Shown one piece after another: positions 49,801-63,870 of a stretch of DNA of 64,000 bases. The position numbers were made by a program, and so were the translations under genes. How positions within the stretch are numbered: the first letter of the stretch is position 1; the number at the start of each line of letters is the position of its first letter. Origin of the DNA: Octopus sinensis (lineage: Eukaryota); the NCBI RefSeq assembly GCF_006345805.1, contig NC_042999.1:135904001-135968000 (forward strand). Reading direction: 5' to 3'. A model generated the notes under the pieces. That model made no database searches. It was not told where the DNA came from and saw only the letters and a list, made by a program, of their open reading frames with translations.

Positions 49801-50217
49801 TCTTTACTCTTTACTCTTTTACTCTTTTACTTATTTCAGTCATTTGACTGCGGCCATGCTGGAGCACCGCCTTTAGTCGAGCAAATCGACCCTGGGACTT
49901 ATTCTTTGTAAGCCCAGTACTTATTCTATCAGTCTCTTTTGCCGAACCGCTAAGTGATGGGGATGTAAACACACCAGCATCGGTTGTCAAGCAATGCTAG
50001 GGGGACAAACACAGACACACAAACACACACACATACATATATATACATATATACAACGGGCTTCTTTCAGTTTCCGTCTACCAAATCCACTCACCAGGCA
50101 TTGGTCGGCCCGGAGCTATAGCAGAAGACAGTTGCCCAAGATGCCACGCAGTGGGACTGAACCCGGAACCATGTGGTTGTTTAGCAAGCTACTTACCACA
50201 CAGCCACTCCTGCGCCT
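49801..50217 (-). mobile_element. tRNA-derived SINE, family A (best-preserved copy)
   Basis: Head aggcgcaggagtggctgtgtgg, box ggttcagtccc, CpGs retained, short (gagtaaa)n-type tail. Confidence 0.95.
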
Positions 50218-50483
50218 ATATATGTATATATATACATATACACATCATGGAAATATATGGAAATCCTTACATTGGTCATTCACTGTTAAATTTAGAGATA
50301 TAATATCCCCAAAAAGAATCTAATTAGTTAATTAAAACAGAAATACATAATCAAGTAGCTATCATTAGCAAACTAATTAAAAAATATTAAAATTTGACTT
50401 TATTTCCATGTTATGCTGTTAAAAACTTTTCGGTAGAAATGTTCAATATAAAAGAAAGTGTTAATAATAATATTCCTTTTACC

Positions 50484-50549
<66 letters not shown>

Positions 50550-50705
50550 TGAGTGAGAGAGGAGACAGAAAGAGATATTCTAAGGGAAAGAGGGAGAGAG
50601 ATCTTGGGAGATTAAGTGGAAGAGAGAAAGAAAGAGTTAGAAAACTAAGGAACAGTGAGACAGATGGAGTGAATGAAAAAGAGAGAGAGAGAGAGTAATA
50701 GATAG

Positions 50706-50759
<54 letters not shown>

Positions 50760-51338
50760 AGAGAGAGAGGGGAGGAGAGAGAGATAATGAAAGATAGAGG
50801 CGAGTTGTGAGAATGGTTGGATGAAAAGATTGAATATAGTTTCTGTGTTGTGTTTTCTTAACTTGTGCAGAAATCAATGAATTATGGTAAAACGATGATG
50901 AAATTCTGTAGAAGGATGACTAATTAATGGGATCATAATTTTAATTAGGATGGGAAAGCAACAACAAAAAATTAAAAAACAAAACCAAAACAAACTAAAA
51001 TGGTTATTACTCTAATGACTATCATGATGTGAATTACAATGATTACATGCAAAATATTTCTTTAAACATCTTTATTAAAATTTAATATTTATACCATAAT
51101 ATTTGGTTGCTTTTTTTTAAAAAAAAGTATATTTATAAAATCACAGAAACAATGAAATATAATTTTTAATCTCTTTATCAAAAGAGAAAATAAAATAATA
51201 GGAATATTCTAATTGATATTAAAACTAATTCTATATCCTGTTACAGCAATTTCCCTAATGTCATACTCACAAACCTATAGGTATTGCCTTCTCTTACAAT
51301 TGTCCTTTTAACAGCAGACAATAAGCCTATTCTTTTCC

Positions 51339-51567
51339 TTAACCTTTTAGCATTCAAACTGACCATATGTGGCCAAAATGTTCTACCTGTTTTATGTTTG
51401 AACAAACCAGATCCAGCCTTACTCGCCTACCCTACAATGTCATTCTAAGAATAAAACAGTTACATCATTGAAATCTTGGAGCTATGAAACAATGCATCTT
51501 TAATTCAAAACAAAGCTAATAAATAAGTATTACCTTTGACAGAATAATCTGAATGCTAAAGGGTTAA
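51339..51567. mobile_element. TTAA-flanked MITE (piggyBac-like ends)
   Basis: ttaa-ccttttagcattc ... gaatgctaaaggg-ttaa. Related copies at 56388-56602 and about 30710-30937. Confidence 0.8.
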
Positions 51568-51769
51568 TGGTATGTCAACTTTGGAGAAATTTTTCATTCC
51601 TGGGCTAATATCCTCTTCTCATATGGAGTGGTTCTCAAATACCATTTGGAAATTGTGATGTATCCTCTAGAGGTGGAGATAATTTTAATAAGTCAAGAAT
51701 TTAGGTTGTATGGTATTTGATATACCTATATTTGTCTATGTTATTCTGCTTACTAGTACTTTGGTCTTT

Positions 51770-52135
51770 GCTAAATTAACTCTAAGATCATCGCTTCCAT
51801 ACCTGAAATTTCTTTTCTAATTCTACTCTAGATTTAGCTATAAGAACAAAGTCATCAGCATAGAAAAGCTCCTATGAGCAACCAGTTTTAAATCCCTTTG
51901 TTATGGCCTGGAGGACAATGATAAACAAGAGAACTGAGCTTTGGTGAACTCCTACCAGCACACTAAATTTGTTATTATACTCATTGCTGACTTTCACCTT
52001 ACAAACAGCATTCTTGTACATAGCTGGGATGGCTCTCACCAGCCATTCATCTACCTCCTGCTTCTATAGCCACTACAAGATGAGAGAGTGAGGGATCCTG
52101 TCAAAGGCTTTCTCCATTTCAACAAATGCAGAACA
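51770..52135 (-). mobile_element. RTE-clade LINE reverse transcriptase fragment
   Basis: Minus strand reads FVEMEKAFDRIP...EWLVRAIPAMYKNA...GVHQ...LLFIIVLQAITKGFKTGC...LFYADD, with stops. Confidence 0.85.
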
Positions 52136-53359
52136 TTTGGTAAATTTTTTTTCTGCTTTTCTCCTAGCTAGATATATCTGTCACAAAGTTTCTCTTCTAG
52201 CAACTCAGTATAGTTCTTTGCTACCCCACACTCTTCCAGACCTTCCACACCCGTTTTTTTGCTCTTATAACACTGCCTACTTCACTGTTCTACCATCATA
52301 TATCATAGGTTTGGCTGGAACAAATTTGGTCTGTGACTATGTGTGCATGTCTCCTTGTCTTAACATCATATCATAGTTAAAATATGGAACTACCACTATA
52401 CTGTACATTTCCAGTCTTCCATACAGACATGTCAAGTGAGGGGTGGTGACAAGAAAGGTGTGTAACCATAGAAAATCTGTCTCAATGAATTCCATTCTTG
52501 TATTGCTATGTAAGGAAAAATGAATGTTAAAATGGTGATGATGATGATGATGACAGTGATATATAGGTGGTGAAGCATGATCTTTGAATTTTGGGCCTCA
52601 CAGTGATAACAAGTGACCGAGACCTTTGGCAATATGCTGTGCTTGAGAAAAATCATCAGGCCAAGAAAAATTGTAGTTATGGCTGATATTGGTGTCATGT
52701 AACAGGCACCTGCACTTGTGCTGGTGGCACATAAAAGCATGCACGCCAGTGGCATGTAAAAAGCACCTATAACTCTCTTGGAGTAGTTGACATTAGGAAG
52801 GGCATCCAGCCATAGAAACCATGCCAAACCAGACTGGAACTTGGTGCAGCTCTCCAGCTATTGGTTCCAGTCAAGCCATCTAACTAATGCCATCATGGAA
52901 AGCAGATGCCAAATGATGATGATGATGATGATGATGATTATTATATATAGTGTTGGTGTTTTTAAACAAGATTAAAAACTGCATAAAAAATTAACTGGCA
53001 AAAATGACTAATTAGCAAAGCAGTGTCCAGGTGTTTTATTAGAAACTCCAAAGACAAAGTCATGATGTGCTTCTGTAGTAATTAGCACACTTGGAAGTAC
53101 CAATCAACTACCAGCATGGCTTAAAATGATTGGTACAAATGTGAAGGTAGAACACCTACAAAAATCAACATTGCTTGGAACTGTAAGAATTCTTTGCAGG
53201 GTTCTTGAAGCATGACCAGTAAACAAGTGTCTGCTAACTGTGGACAGCTGACACTTTCCATGATACCCAGCAAAATTAGCTGTGAGTTTTTATCAAATAA
53301 TAATAATAATAATAATAATGATAGTTACATACATGTGTGTGTATCTGTGTGTGTGTGTA

Positions 53360-53738
53360 TTGGGTCATCCCATAAATAATGTGATTTTTTTCAATCGCCT
53401 GAGCTAAAAGTCAGAGGGGGATGGGATAAACTACCTGCATCAACTTGCTATAAAAGCAGGTTGTGATTTTACCTTGTACTTATTCTTAGTGCAAAATCAT
53501 TTTGATGGAAAAAAAATATGAATTCTGTAGACGAGGTCAGAACAGTACTGAGGGAGTATTTTTCATCATGGACAAGTGAATTTTGGAAGAGGAGCCATTG
53601 CAAGTCTACCAGATAGATGGAAAAGCATTGTAGAAAATGAAGGAGAGTATATTTTAGATTAAAAAAGAACTTTGTTTATCTTAATTTTGAAAAATAAAAG
53701 AAGTATGAAAAAACCATATTATTTATGGGATGACCCTA
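53360..53738 (+). mobile_element. Mariner-derived MITE (379 bp)
   Basis: TIRs ttgggtcatcccataaataat / attatttatgggatgacccta. Residual transposase end LPDRWKSIVENEGEYILD*. Confidence 0.9.
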
Positions 53739-56700
53739 TGCATGTATGTATGTATGTATGTATGTATGTATGTATGTATAAGGCCATGGATATATGTATG
53801 TGAATGAAGGAGTAGAAAAACCTGTTTAGACTTTGTAAGCCTTAAGACAAACTTGACAAGTGATACTAAAGTCACCTGAGAGTTTTATCTGTCTGTCCGT
53901 TTGTCTATCACTATATTTACATATACACACTCACAAACATTTACATATATATACACAACTCACACACATACACACTGAGTTTATAAAGAAGTCCTTCCCT
54001 TCAGACCTTATTGTACAGTCAGGCCTAATAAAAGAGAAAAAGTCCTAATTGGAGGGACTATATCACTTTAGGAAGGTGATATGGCAGGGGACACACAGAC
54101 AGGGGAAAATAGGAGCTTAAAATACAAGAAACTCAGGAAGTCATGTGACACATAGAGATAGCACTATGTGATACTTCTTGTAGAGGTAGGATGTTATGGA
54201 TTTGTAGCTAGATCCATAATATCCAACTTAGCACTGGACTTGGGAGAGATAGCAGAGCAGTGATTTGTTAACTGCAGAAGGAAGTGAAGAATGTTCCATC
54301 ATGAATATGGCATATGAAAAGAAGACCAAAGCTAAGGACGAAGAATAAATACTCAGTAAGAAATAAAACTAGGCAATTGTAAAGTAGTTGCTGCTTATCA
54401 ATGAAAAATGTAGTCTATGATGTAGGCCAAAAGACCTTGCACATTCACTAGTGGTATTAAAGCTGATAATATGAGGTGCTGAATCTAGTGTGATTTCTAG
54501 TCATCAACAGATGAAGAGAATGTCTTTTAGGGGGGAATGTTTGTAAAATAATAATATGAATATGTGTCATGATGTATAAATATATATGTAAGTTTTTCTT
54601 ATGTTTTGCAAATGTGAATGTGTGTACATATGTATTTATATATGTATGAATGTGTGTGTGTGTGTGTGTGTGTGTGAGTGTGCACATGCTTGATTATTGA
54701 TTTTTGTTTATATTATGAATGCTTATACATAATTTAATTACACTTTAATATTCAAAGATTTCTTTAGTAAAATATATTCTTTTATTTGTAGAGAGAGAGA
54801 GAGAGAAAGAAAGAAAGAGAGAGATGTGTAGAGAGGGACAGAGAGCAGAGACAGGGCAGGTGGGATAGTGGGAGAAAGGTAGGAAACATATAACAAAATT
54901 TACATATTGTTTCTATTCAAAGTCATCGGTGATGGTTATACCCTCCCCCACGATGTGTGGACTTACACCAATGTTGGCAATCAGCATCATCATTACTTTT
55001 TACTGTTATTGTCAGTTGTGTCTCACTTCATTTTGTAAATTTGTAAAGAATTATTGTTCATTTGGCTATTAAGAGTTTTGTATTATTTTGTTGTTGATAT
55101 GACTATAAACAAAGACCAGTCATTCCATTTTGTTAGGACCATATGGAGGTGGGGTCATAATAATCATAATAAAACAAAACAAACAACCAAACAAATGAAA
55201 AACAACAACCAATTATAAATGTTTTTAAATAATAATTTCACAAAGTAGCATCACCTAACAGATACAAGGGTATGATAGGCCAAGAGTTACATAAAGAAGT
55301 AAATGAGGACCTCCCATCCATTCTCATTATTAATGATTTACCCCCTCTGGTTCAAAGTTCAATGATGAAAATCATTACCCCTAAAAATTGTTGTAAAAAT
55401 AATAACAATAATAATACATCCAACAACAACAACAGTAATAAATGCATCTTCACTACCACTGCCACCATCATCAGTAGAAACAAGGCTCTTGGCTACAGAT
55501 TGTAGAGAAGCCAGAATGAGTGGAAAATGAAATTTCATCTAACACCAACATTTTCAATATCGCTCCCATATCCACCATAGTAAGCGGTAACAACAGCAAT
55601 AGCAGCATCAGCATGAACAGCAGTTACTACATTAGTACTGGATCCAAGGTTGGCTCCTCCACAAGTGAGAAGAGGAGTTGAGCAGGTTCCTCTGAAAAAC
55701 AATTGGTCAGATCTGATAAAAACCAAAAGACACATCTGGAGAGACAAGAGGGCTCATTAGCCATTCTCCCAGGACTCTTGGAAGAGAAGATTATGAAAAT
55801 GGCAATGTACCAGTGTATGGTAGTCTAGGGCTAGTCAGTGGAAAGAGTCACATATACATAGACTTCCCAACCAACTGTATAACTTTATATTATGATGGAG
55901 GGTAGAAGGCTCATGTGGTAGCACCAACCATCTGAAGGTTATCAGCTTACAATAGAAATGAAGACAACATGAACTTGTACTGCTGTCAACACTGCAGCCA
56001 TAACAATAACACCAACAGAAGCAGCAATCACAGTAATGACCACAAGTACCACAAAAATAAAACCAATATAAGTAAAACCTATGAACAAAACAACAATCAC
56101 AACAAAAATAATGAAATAAATACCCACAAAGATATAAACAATAACAGCAGTGAAATCTGTAACCATACACCAAAAACAAAACAAAAAAAAACTGGCCTAA
56201 TCTCTATTGAAGGAATGCTGTTAGAATGTTGGAATGTCTGTCGAAGATCAGTGCAGAATGGTGAAAACATTTTGCATTCATTCAGAGCATTGCTGACTTG
56301 TGGAGTTCCACCAAATAACCTTTGTCTGGTGTAGGGTAGACCAGACTTTCACTCTAGTCCACTATAAGGTTTGTCCAATTGCTTTCTTTAACCCTTTAGT
56401 ATGTAAACCAGCCAGATATGGCCTAAATATTCTGTTCAGACTGGCCAGGTCCAGCCGCTCACTTATATCCTACAATGTGATTCTAAAGATAAATGATTAC
56501 ATCATCAATATCTTGAAGTTACAAGATAATGCATAGTCAACTCAAAACAATGAACAGATATGCATTACCTCTAACAGAGTAATCTGAATGCTAAATGGAT
56601 AATCTAGAAGGCCAAGAAATTTTCCTCTGTTTGATGGTTTTGACAAAGGGATTAGTAGGGGACATAAAATTGAAACAAACTAAGAACAGACATTTTCCTC

Positions 56701-57436
56701 TTTGACCAAACTCTCAACTTCTTCAAGTTCCATTTGGAAAGGGTGGCAGGGGTACAGAGCAAGGGGCTGACAACCAGCAAATTTGCTGAAAGATGGATGA
56801 ATGATAAGAATAGGCCATGTAAATGAACCTACTTTTGGCATGCACCTGTAAGCTGAGAACACAAATGCAAGAAAGCCTTTGCTCTTGGGAATGAGAATAA
56901 TCTTGGATCTGTGAAGTTTCTTGACTGGTCTTTGGTAGCTATCTCCTGATTGGAATGACTAATTTAATTTCTTTTGTAAATTGTTTTCTATGCAGAGTTA
57001 TTCATAATTGATTCTGTGAAAAACCTCGCCATTTTTAGTATTTGTACTGTAATGATCTCATCTCCCCATTCTTTCTCTTTTTCACTCAATAAATATATAT
57101 ACATACTCACACACATACATACATACACACACACACACACATACATACACACACATACATACATACATATACATACATATATATACATACATATACATAC
57201 ATACATACATACATACATACATACATACATAAAACTACATATTTACATCATCATCCTTTAACATCCATTTTTCAGGCTAGATGTTAAAGGGTAAAAATGA
57301 TGATGATGATATAGTTATAACACCAAATTATTTGAACTGAATTTCGCACAGACTGTACATACATGTCTATGTACAGTATGTAAAAGGGTATGTAAGCAGT
57401 TAAAGTAGATAGATGGTATGTATGCATGTGCGTATG

Positions 57437-57474
<38 letters not shown>

Positions 57475-59043
57475 CACACACATATGCACACACACATATA
57501 TATGTATATATATATATAGAGAGAGATAAGTATGTATCTGACACACACTATTGTGCCAAGTAAGAGAAATCATTATTATAACAATTAATTATATTATTCT
57601 TGTTATTATTATCATCATCATCATTAATATTAGATACATTTTTTTTTTGACAGGAAAATCAATGATGAAATATTTATTTTCAAGACAGAATTTATGGAAA
57701 TCATGTTCTACGTATATTCATTCTGTATCCAGGGAGTGGGTGGAGCTTTGAATATTTTCAACAATCTCTTTCTCAAGCTCTGTCTAATAAAAACATCATT
57801 CACAAAAATAATATGAACAATATCAGCGAAATCTCTTTGCTTAGTGTATATTTAGTTAAATAATTGTTACATAAATTAGTTATCAAGGTTTAGGCAGCAT
57901 GGATTTTATGGTGGTAATTAATCAATTATTTCTTATTTTGGTGCTTCAGAAATAAAAAGCAAGAATTATTCTTAGAATTAGCAAAAAATTGAATTAAAAA
58001 AAAAAGGGTGAAAAAGTGAGTATTGAAATATCTCCAAATACAAATTTGATTAATCTATTTTTTACTATTGTTCATGTTTGTTTGTTTTAACAAAAATTGA
58101 TAACCAGGTATAAACGAACTCAAAAGTATACAAAAATATCACCCCTACCTCCCTCATATATCTACAAATATATATATATATATGCATATGTATGTGTGTG
58201 TGTGTATATATAAATATATATATATATATATGTATGCATGTATATAGATGTATGCTTTTTCTCACTTCCTATATATAGATACATTCATTCATTCATACAT
58301 ACATACATACATACATACATACGTATGTATATAAATGTATTTTTTCCTCACTCCATACTTACACATATACTTATGTATGTGTGTATGTTTGGGTGTGTGT
58401 ATATCTATGTGTGTGTTATGTGTGTTCAAACTTTATGAAAATTATGACACAGAATATACAGTGAAAAAGTGTAATTAGTACTTTAATGTTGAATGAAGAA
58501 TTAAAAAGGTGGAAGTATTTTTGCTGTTTTAAATTTGAGCTCTTTTTCAGAAAGTGAGGTTGAGAGAAGGAAGTTTAAAGGTATCAAAGAAAAAAAATGT
58601 GAGTAACCAGAAAGTATGTATTGTTCTGTATCACATCATGTTACACACACACACACACACACGTACGTACGTACTTACATACATACATAGATACATAGAT
58701 ACATACATACATACATCCATACATACATACATACATATCTGTCAATAATATATGGGTTCAAGTAATCTGGTAGTACTCATAAAGAAAGTTCCGTAATGTA
58801 TCATTCTACAAAACATATGGAATATACAGTATGATACAAGAAAAAAAAAAAAAAAACAATGAGTGTATAAAGTCATAAATGATAGAAATTTTTCAAAAAT
58901 TCTAATATCATAACAATAACATTGCACCAAGAATTTAGCATTCAACACAGACTTTCTTTCACCTGAGGATGTAGCTTAAATTTTGCTTTATTTTGAAGGA
59001 TTTTTTTGTATTTTGTATCAATGCAGACATGTAATTTATTTAT

Positions 59044-59421
59044 TTATTATCTCCACCTTAGCAAAGGTGGAGGTATTGTTTTCAGTCATGTTTATTCATT
59101 TGTTTGTTTGACCATGGACGAGATATCTCAAGAACCACTGAGCGGATTCGGATGAAATTTTCAGGGATGTTTGGCTTTGTGGCTGGCACGAACTGATTAG
59201 ATTTTAGGATTAATCCAGTACCAGACAAGGATTCTGGATTATTTTTATTGTTTTTTCTACTTAATTTTTTAGAGTAGTTGGGCTCATTTTTAGTATTCTC
59301 ATTTGTGAGAACAGTCAAGTTTATTTCAGATATTCTCATTTTAAAAATCATCTCTGGCTAATTGTTGAGAGGATGTTGGTGTTGCTTTGGCAGAGGTTTG
59401 TACTCTCTGAGTGCTCTTGTT
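59044..59421 (+). mobile_element. Helentron-associated (HINE/DINE-1-like) non-autonomous element
   Basis: 5' ttattatctccacctt with hairpin ctccacctt:aaggtggag, (gttt)n microsatellite, 3' sub-terminal inverted copy gctttggcagaggt, small hairpin actctctgagt, and ending in ..tt. Confidence 0.65.
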
Positions 59422-60084
59422 ATTAACTATAATAATAGTTACACATTTTTAAGTTATGAGACAATTTGTTGTGATATTAAAAGTTTCTTATTGTTAGATA
59501 AAATTTCATCAAACTATTTCTCTGTCATTAATGACTTTATATATCATCATCATCATCATCGTTTAATGTCTGCTTTCTATGCTAGCATGGGTTGGACGAT
59601 TTTGATTGAGGGCTGGCAAACCAGATGGCTGCACCAGGCTCCAATCTTGATCTGGCAGAGTTTCTACAGCTGGATGCCCTTACTAACACTAACCATTCCG
59701 AGAGTGTAGTGGGTGCTTTTTACGTGCCACTGGCATGGGGGCCAGTCAGGCAGTACTGGCAATGACCTCGCTCAAATCCTTTTACACGTGCCAGTGAAGC
59801 GACGTTGGTAATGATCATGCTCATATGGTGCTATTTTACGTGCCATGGGTACGGAAGCCAGTTGGCTGCTCTGGCAACGATCACGCTCGGATGGTGCTCT
59901 TGGCACCCTACTAGCATAGGCATAAGTGCCAGTAAGGCGACGCTGGTAATGATCATACTCAAATAGCTGCTCTGTCAACGATCACACTCGTATGGTGCCC
60001 TTTGCACCCCATATATATATACATGTATATATATATATATATCTTGTTGTGTGGTATATTTCTGATTATGGCATTTAACTGGTC

Positions 60085-60400
60085 ACTCATCTGGTTGTCA
60101 ATATGGAAGCTAATAGAAGACGAGTGGTTGTTGAGAGCCATTCAAATTATGTATAGGGATGCTGTCAGTAAAGCAAAAATTGATATTGAATACACTGATG
60201 AATTTAGTGTGCAGGTAAAAGTACATCTTGGACTGATTCTCAGCCCCCTCTTGTTTATCATAGTTCTGCAGGCCATAACTGAGGAATTTAAGACTGGTTG
60301 TCCTTAGAGTTAATTTAGTAAAGACCAAAGTACTAGTGAGCAAGAAAGAAAACAAATTACTAATCCCTTCAGGAAAATGGTTCTGTTCAATATATAGAAG
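60085..60400 (+). mobile_element. RTE-clade LINE reverse transcriptase fragment
   Basis: DEWLLRAIQIMYRDAVSK..EFSVQVKVHLGLILSPLLFIIVLQAITEEFKTGCP, then SKKENKLLIPSGKWFCS; paralogous to 51770-52135. Confidence 0.85.
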
Positions 60401-60591
60401 AGGTAGCCTCTCAACATCTAGATATAAAGCCAACTCTTTCTCTACAGTACCCTCACACAGTTAAGGGTGCTTTTTCTTTCTTTGTCTTACAAGTTATTTG
60501 GCAACCTTACTAGTGTTGGCGCCCTGAAAAATGCACACTGTACACTCTGTAAAGTGGGTGGTGTTAGGAAAAGCCAGGTGTAGAAATCATA

Positions 60592-60828
60592 TTTCTTTAT
60601 TGCCCACAAGGGACTAAACATAGAGCGGGACAAACAAGGACAGACAAAGGGATTAAGTCGATTAAATCGACCCCAATATGCAACTGGTACTTAATTTATT
60701 GACCCTGAAAGGATGAAAGGCAAAGTCGACCTCGGTGGAATTTGAACTCATTACGTAATGGCAGATGAAATACCGCTAAGCATTTCACCCGACGTGCTAA
60801 CGTTTCTGCCAGCTCACCGCCTTCAAGT
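60592..60828 (-). mobile_element. SINE family B with 13-bp TSD, nested in an RTE-tail repeat
   Basis: TSD tgtagaaatcata at 60579-60591 and 60829-60841. Confidence 0.9.
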
Positions 60829-61157
60829 TGTAGAAATCATACCAAAGCAGACACTGGAGCTCAACACAAAGTCACTCTAGTCTTGTTTTCAGTTTTAGGC
60901 TAATACCTTAATGTACTTTGCTTTTTGTGAGTTGTTTTTAAATATATTTAGTTTTAGTCCTTACACACACAAACACACACACACACGACATAATATGGCT
61001 ATGTGACTAAGATCTTTGTTTTCAAACCACGAGGTTTCAGGTTCAGTCCCACAGTGTGGAACCTTAGGAGGGTATCTCCAACTATAACCCTGGGCCAACG
61101 AAAGCCTTGTGAGATTCAGTAGATGGAAATTAAAAGAAGCCTAATGTGTGTGCATGC

Positions 61158-61195
<38 letters not shown>

Positions 61196-62199
61196 TCATC
61201 ATCATCGTTTAACGTCCATTCTCCATGCTAGCATGGATTGGATGGTTTGACCGGGGATCTGGGAAGCCAGAAGGCTGCACCAGGCTCCAGTCTTATCTGG
61301 CAATGTTTCTACAGCTGGATGCCCTTCCTAACGCCAACCACTCCGTGAGTGTAGTGGGTGCTTTTTACGTACCACCTGCACAGGTGCCAGGCGAGGCTGG
61401 CATCGGCCATGGTCGGATTGGTGCATTTTACGTGCCACCGGCACGGAAGCCAATCGAGGCAGCGCTGGCATCAGCCACGATTCGGATAGTGCTTTTTACG
61501 TACCACCAGTCCTGGGGTCCTGGCATCTGCCGGGTGCCAGTCATAGGATTGGTTCAATTTCGATTTCAATTTCACTTGCCCCAACAGGTCTTCGCAAGCA
61601 AAGGGGGGGGGGTTGGCATGGGTGCCTGTCGTCGGATGAGGTTCGATATCGACTTTGCTTGCCTCAACAGGTCTTTGTGTGTAGAGAGAGAGAGAAAGCA
61701 CACAGTACACTCTGTGGAGTAGTTGGCATTAGGAGAGGCATCCAGCTGTAAAAAACAAGTTAAAACAGACTATGGGACCTGGTGCGACCCCTGGCCTTGC
61801 CAGTTCCTGTCAAGCCATCCAATCCATGCCAGCATGGAAAATGGATGTTAAATGATGATGATGATTATGATATATATGTGTGATATTTATGTTTCCTTGT
61901 CTTGACATCACGTGATAATTGTATACGAGTGTCATTGTTATACAAGCAGGGTCATTCCTTTTCAATATTCTGTAAAAAAAAATACATGTCTGGCCATGAA
62001 GTATTATCTTTACTTGGAAATGAGTTGGGGTTGGTGACGGGAAGAGCATCCAACATCTGGTCATAGAAAATCTACTTCAATAAACTCTGTTAAAATGATA
62101 ATGATGATGATGATGACACACACACACACGCACACACTCACACTCATACATACAGGCATATATTTGTCTGAAGCTGATGATTCACCCCATCACTACTCT

Positions 62200-62465
62200 G
62201 AGTTTCTTGCTTTTGCACATGAAAGCACAAACACAGACTTCTCTCTCTTGTGCACCTCATTTGATTCCTTTTATACCCAGTTTTCCTCTCAGTTCATTTG
62301 TGCTTCAGCATTCATGCACACTAACATTACACATCCAGTGAAGCATGCTTGCTTCACATCGCTCCTGCCTCTGCATTCAATACCTATGATTCACTACCAC
62401 GCAGTATCGCTCTATGTATAATGGAACATACAATCTCCTCTTGACTGAGAAAGAGAGAAAGAAAA
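62200..62465 (-). mobile_element. RTE-clade LINE C-terminal fragment
   Basis: Minus strand reads SVKRRLY...EASMLHWMCNVSVH...LRGKLGIKGI...QER, directly upstream in the ORF of the RLRWYGHV segment seen at 22200-22488. Confidence 0.8.
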
Positions 62466-63486
62466 GACTGGTAGGTAAATAGATAAATAGATAGATAGAT
62501 AGATAGATAGATAGAGAGAAAGACACACAGAGAGTCCTATAGCTGTAAGTTCTTATATTCATTTTCATTTTATTTTGTGAAATATTATGCTATTTTATTC
62601 TTTCACATGTTTCAGTCATTTGACTGTAACCATGCTGGAGCACTGCCTTAATGTTATAAAATCTTCAAAAATATTGTTGCAGATCCCCGATCTAGGCACT
62701 GACTAAATTTCATTGTATATATTTTGACACTCTATAACAGTTGTGGTGGTCTCCATTGTTTAGCGACAAGGATTCAATTGCTCAATCAACTGAATTATTA
62801 GCTCCTGAATTAACATGCAAGTGGCTGAGTATTCCACAAAGCACCAATCGATCGTGGCCGATGCCAGACTCCCCTGGCACCTGTGCAGGTGGCACGTAAA
62901 AAAGCACCCACTATACCTGCAGAGTGGTTGGCGTTAGGAAGGGCATCCAGCTGTAGAAACACTGCCAGATCAGACTGGAACCTTGTGCAGCCCCTGGCTT
63001 CCCAGACCCCGGTCGAACCGTCCAACCCATGCTAGCGTGGAAAACGGACGATGATGATGATGAATCAGCATGTCAGTCTGCACTTTTTAAATTAGAAGTG
63101 CAATTCATTCAACGGATTCCTGTACAGTTTCCGTCTACTTAAATTCACACACAAGGTGCAGAATGACCAAAGGCTCAAAATTCACAGCCTTATAGTGGGA
63201 CCAAACTTCTTAGCCATTTGGTTATAATTGTACTTTCAGTTTGTAGTATATGCTGGTCATCTCCAAAGTTTGAGAAAGATGATTTCACAATTTCTTGCTG
63301 TACAACCGGCACTGATAATTCGTTTATAGTGGTCAAATGTTTTTGCTGTACATCATCTCACTCTTTCCATCAAATCAACAGTGCCTGTACAGGTACATAG
63401 TGTGCCATACATCAGACGTTGCAGGGATTGCAGAGCAATGTGAAATGAAGTGTAACATCTTAACCATTTGGTCATCTAACCTCACA

Positions 63487-63870
63487 TATCCTTTATCTTT
63501 TACTCGCTTCAATCATTAGTCTGTGGCCATGCTGGGGCACCACCTTAAAGAATTTTAGTCAAGCAAATTGATCCTAGTACTTATATTTTTTTCAAGCCAG
63601 GTACCGATTCTGTCAGTCTCTTTTGCCAAATCACTAGGTTATGGGGATGTAAACACACCAACACCAGTTGTCAAGAGGATGTGTGGGACAAACAGAAACA
63701 CACATGCACACATACATGTATTCAATGGGCTTCTTTTGGATTCTGTCTACCAAATCCACTCACAAGGTTTTGGTCAGCCTGAGGTTATAGTAGAAGATAG
63801 TTGTCTAAGGTGCCATGTAGTAGGGCAGAACCTAAAAGAGAGGCAATCTTCTTACCACACAGCCACACCT
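63487..63870 (-). mobile_element. tRNA-derived SINE, family A (diverged)
   Basis: Family head, core and tail motifs. Partial copies also at about 13420-13545, 16470-16595, 17200-17345, 28470-28735, 31420-31560, 44220-44370 and 60980-61145. Confidence 0.85.

Noticed and set aside
49801-50217. tRNA genes suggested by A/B boxes
   Set aside because: The boxes are SINE heads followed by SINE core and tail; I could not form a complete cloverleaf.
57720-57760. GSGW motif reminiscent of Polinton-associated proteins
   Set aside because: A four-residue match only; the downstream sequence does not continue the motif.
51860-60205. CTGATGA matches at about 51864 (-) and 60196 (+)
   Set aside because: They are RTE coding sequence (YADD and TDE codons), with no GAAA/stem layout.
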